NCBI RefSeq assembly: GCF_018350175.1
Contig: NC_058368.1
Span: 23,314,001 to 23,378,000 of the forward strand
Direction of reading: 5' to 3'
DNA from: Felis catus
Taxonomy: Eukaryota
Length of the DNA stretch: 64,000 nucleotides
Position numbers and translations under genes: made by a program. This document shows, piece by piece, positions 60,808 to 64,000 of the stretch; position 1 is the stretch's first letter, and each line of letters begins with the position of its first letter. The notes beneath the pieces were generated by a model that ran no database searches, was not told the origin of the DNA, and worked only from the letters and a program-made list of their open reading frames with translations.

Positions 60808-62150
60808 TAGACAAGTCTATTTTATCCTCTGCTTGGTGGCATCTGAACTTTTCTGCCTCTTTTCCCCAAATAAAGCTCTTCTCTCCAATTTCTGGATTTT
60901 CTTTGGGGGCACTTGAAAATGTTCACCACTTCATGCTGGAGAGCAGTGAAAGCCATCATTATGAGGAGTTCTTTTGCCCGCCATTAGCAAGACAGTAACT
61001 ATCAGCTTCACTTTAAAGCTGTTTTCTTGGCAGATCGTCCTGTGTGTTGTCCAGCTGTATGCCTCCCTCACTTGAGAGTAAATTTAAGAAGTGAAATGAG
61101 AAAAGCGTATAACTAAATGTGGTTTATGTTTCCATTAATGATAACTACAATTCTAGGCCATTAGTATTTTAAAATATTAATTTTACAAAAAAGAACAAAA
61201 CACATTAAAAAAAAAACAAGTTTTCTCTCAGCTCTTAGATTCAGATCCTTCTTTCTATGTCTTTGGGCTTATTTGTTGGCTGCCTTTGCCATTTTTACAG
61301 ATGCTGTTAATATACTGTTTGATTTTTCTTTGGTTGAAGCTAGGAGTTGCATGAAAAAATGAAACATTTTTGGATATTTATTTCAGCTTCTTTGAGCACA
61401 GTTGCAGAATAAACTTATTTGAATTTTATCTTCCTTGCATTCCCAGCCTGTCTTTACTGAAGAAATATGTTTCAACGATGAATACAGATGTTTGAAGTCA
61501 CAAGTGCTTGTATTGAAGGTTTATTATTTGGAATGGAGAAGTACTCAGAAAAACCCGTATCAAAACTTTTAAGAGAAGCAATTCAGAATCTTCATTCTCC
61601 TACACAGGCATTCTTATCTTACTTTATAATTATTTTGTGTGTCCTTGGAAGCAATTTGTAATCAGAATGTCATGGTCAGTTTCACCATAGACCTCTCTTT
61701 TTGTCAGAAATGATTTATAGTAGGCAGCGGCATCTTGCATTTACATACACATCTCTTCTTTTCTTAGAATTTATCTTCAAGAATTAGAACTTGAGCTACA
61801 ATTTATCTTCAAGAGACTCTACTAGGAGGATGTTAATGGTGATAATAACTGCTTTTGTGTATGACTTGGTTTTCTGTGTGTTTAAGGAAAAAAAAAAACC
61901 CTCTAAACCTTGGGGTAATATGCACAGCCTGGTGTAGTTAATGAAATGAATGCTTTTTAAAGTTCCCAAATGCCAATTCTCATACCATCCTGCTAGTTTT
62001 GGCCAGTCTCCTGTGCTCTCCACATTCTGTTCCCTGCTACTACCATTGGTCCCGTGCTGAAAGGACAGATCTTAAGAATCATTACAATATTTTTCATTCT
62101 TTCATTCCTGTTTTGTTGATGCATTGTGCAAGGTGCTTTGTGAACATTTT

Positions 62151-62370
62151 TTTTTTTATATGAAATTTATTGCTCAAATTGGTTTCCCTACAACACCCAG
62201 GGCTCATCCCAACAGGTGCCCTCCTCAATGCCCATCACCCACCCTCCCCTCCCACCCATCCCCCATCAACACCTCAGCTTATTCTCTGTTTTTAAGAGTC
62301 TCTTATGGTTTGGCTCTCTCTCTCTCTAACTTCTTTTTTTCCCTTCCCCTCCCCGATGGTCTTCAGTTAA
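62151..62370 (-). mobile_element. 5'-truncated feline L1 (L1_Fc) 3'UTR, about 220 bp
   Basis: TATGAAATTTATTG..CAAATTGGTTTCC..CAACACCCAG..CTCATCCCAACAGGTGCCCTCCTCAATGCCCATCACC. Perfect TSD GTGAACATTTT (62140-62150, 62371-62381). Confidence 0.96.
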
Positions 62371-62909
62371 GTGAACATTTTCTTTAATCAACAATAATTA
62401 AAAAGTCATAGGTATGAATATGCCTCACAGGAAAGAAACAGGTTCAAGAGGAGCCCCAGTTATCTGCTAAGAAGAAGCAACAGGATTTCAAACTATGTTT
62501 TTTTGGCTGTGGCAAAGTTCTCTGTTATGTCATGTCTTTTCCAGGATGGTGACACAATTCTGTCTGATATGGCATTATCCTTTAACCTGTGGGCCCACGC
62601 AGTGATTTGAGCTGGCTGCCAGAGGAGAATCCCAGGGCCATACCTGAGCCTGATACATTCTTTGGGCACTTTGGATGATCCAACTTGACTTTGCCCTGGC
62701 CAGGCTTTGCCACCAGGCATATTGTCCCAGTCCTGTCCAGTTTTGCCTTGTGTCTCCAGTTTGCTGGGCATCCATCTCAGCACGTATTGCTTTTGAGTTC
62801 ATATCCTTAGGACAGAGCCACCCTGAGAGCTTAATTTTGGAAAGGAGTCCAAAATTCAAAATTTGGAAAGTCCAATATTTTCGGATAAAGTATTTAAAAA
62901 TCAAAGACT

Positions 62910-63124
62910 GGGGCGCCTGGGTGGCGCAGTCGGTTAAGCGTCCGACTTCAGCCAGGTCACGATCTCGTGGTCCGTGAGTTCGAGCCCAGCGTCAGGCTCT
63001 GGGCTGATGGCTCAGAGCCTGGAGCCTGCTTCCGATTCTGTGTCTCCCTCTCTCTCTGCCCCTCGCCCGTTCATGCTCTGTCTCTCTCTGTCCCCAAAAA
63101 TAAATAAACGTTGAAAAAAAAAAA
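62910..63124 (+). mobile_element. Young SINEC_Fc
   Basis: GGGGCGCCTGGGTGGCGCAGTCGGTTAAGCGTCCGACTTCAGCCAGGTCACGATC..., intact Pol III A/B boxes, perfect 15-bp TSD TAAAAATCAAAGACT. Confidence 0.98.
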
Positions 63125-64000
63125 TAAAAATCAAAGACTATAATCCCAATTTCCTCTTCATTTGAGTAACTGAAGGATTTTTTAACACCTTTGAGTTAAA
63201 AAAAAAAAAGAAAAAAGGCAAGCAGCTCAGGTCACAGCTGTGCTTGGGTTGCTCTGAGAGAAATTACTCAATTGCTCCTGCTTTTTGTCCAGTACCATCT
63301 GGTATTGACCCATGTAGCCTAGAAATTGAGTTCTCTGCTCAGAGTTGAGAGAGAGGGAATTTGTAAAATTTGGGGAAATAGGTAGGGGCCGCAGCTGTCA
63401 CTTTTGTTATCTCTATTGCTGCAGTCCCAGGATTTTAGGGTCCTTGATCAGTTGCAGTGTCATCAGAACCTGGTGAAGCAGAATCTGTCACCAACCCAAT
63501 AGCCCTAAGGATTTACCCTGGGGCCCACCCACATTTGCATTCTCCAAATGTAAGCAGGGAATCAGAAGTCATGTGAACTGGTCAGGCTGGATTCCTGATC
63601 CCCAAATACCTAAAAAACGTTCCTCTTTCCCCAATACATCAAGGTGTGAGCCTTTGAAAAATTTCCCCCCAAAAGCTTAAGAAATCATCTCATTCACTGG
63701 ATTTGAATTGAATTCCTTGAAATGACTAATACGTACCCTCAGCAGCTCCAGCAACAGATGCCAGGATGATAAATGACAACTAGCAAAATGCTAATCACAC
63801 ACGAGCCTGGAGGTATAAAGAGATAGAAGCAAAAATCTCTGCGAGCCACCCCAGCTAGTGTGGCAGAGAGAAATGAGCTTGGGGTTTGAAGCCAGAGGAC
63901 CTTGGCAAATTCAGGGGGGAATCTCTTTTTAAGTGTAAGTTTTAGACCAGTTATGTAATATCTCTATAAGATAGGGGCAGTGAAAATACTCATTTCACAG

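Noticed and set aside
62910..62990. tRNA gene (A and B boxes present)
   Set aside because: This is the tRNA-derived head of a SINE with CT tract, A-tail and TSD, not a tRNA gene.
1..64000. A novel multi-gene system, CRISPR array or operon
   Set aside because: The DNA is mammalian and repeat-rich. There are no regularly spaced repeat-spacer arrays, and no ORF resembles a cellular protein.

Overview
This is mammalian non-coding DNA from a cat-family (felid) genome. The assignment rests on 17 tRNA-derived carnivore SINEs (SINEC/CanSINE, including two young CpG-rich SINEC_Fc copies with perfect target-site duplications) and on feline/carnivore L1 3' ends. A large share of the window is recognisable transposon debris: an old L1M 5'/ORF1 segment; a decayed ERVL provirus (LTR16-type LTR, PBS, gag, pro, pol); a second ERVL gag relic; about a dozen solo LTRs; TcMar-Tigger and hAT MITEs; and MIR and L2 fragments. 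I recognise no intact protein-coding gene, RNA gene, CRISPR array or operon-like system. The supplied ORFs are either chance ORFs or retroelement remnants. Young retroelements lie mostly on the minus strand, which suggests but does not prove that the window sits inside a large intron of a plus-strand gene. I found no convincing new biological system. The findings are modest leads: a possible microexon cluster, a TATA/AP-1 promoter-like module, a divergent solo-LTR pair, enhancer-like blocks, inverted SINE pairs, repair-type scars and a near-complement of miR-218. Repeat family names come from my memory of consensus sequences and need RepeatMasker/Dfam confirmation. Boundaries of ancient elements are approximate.
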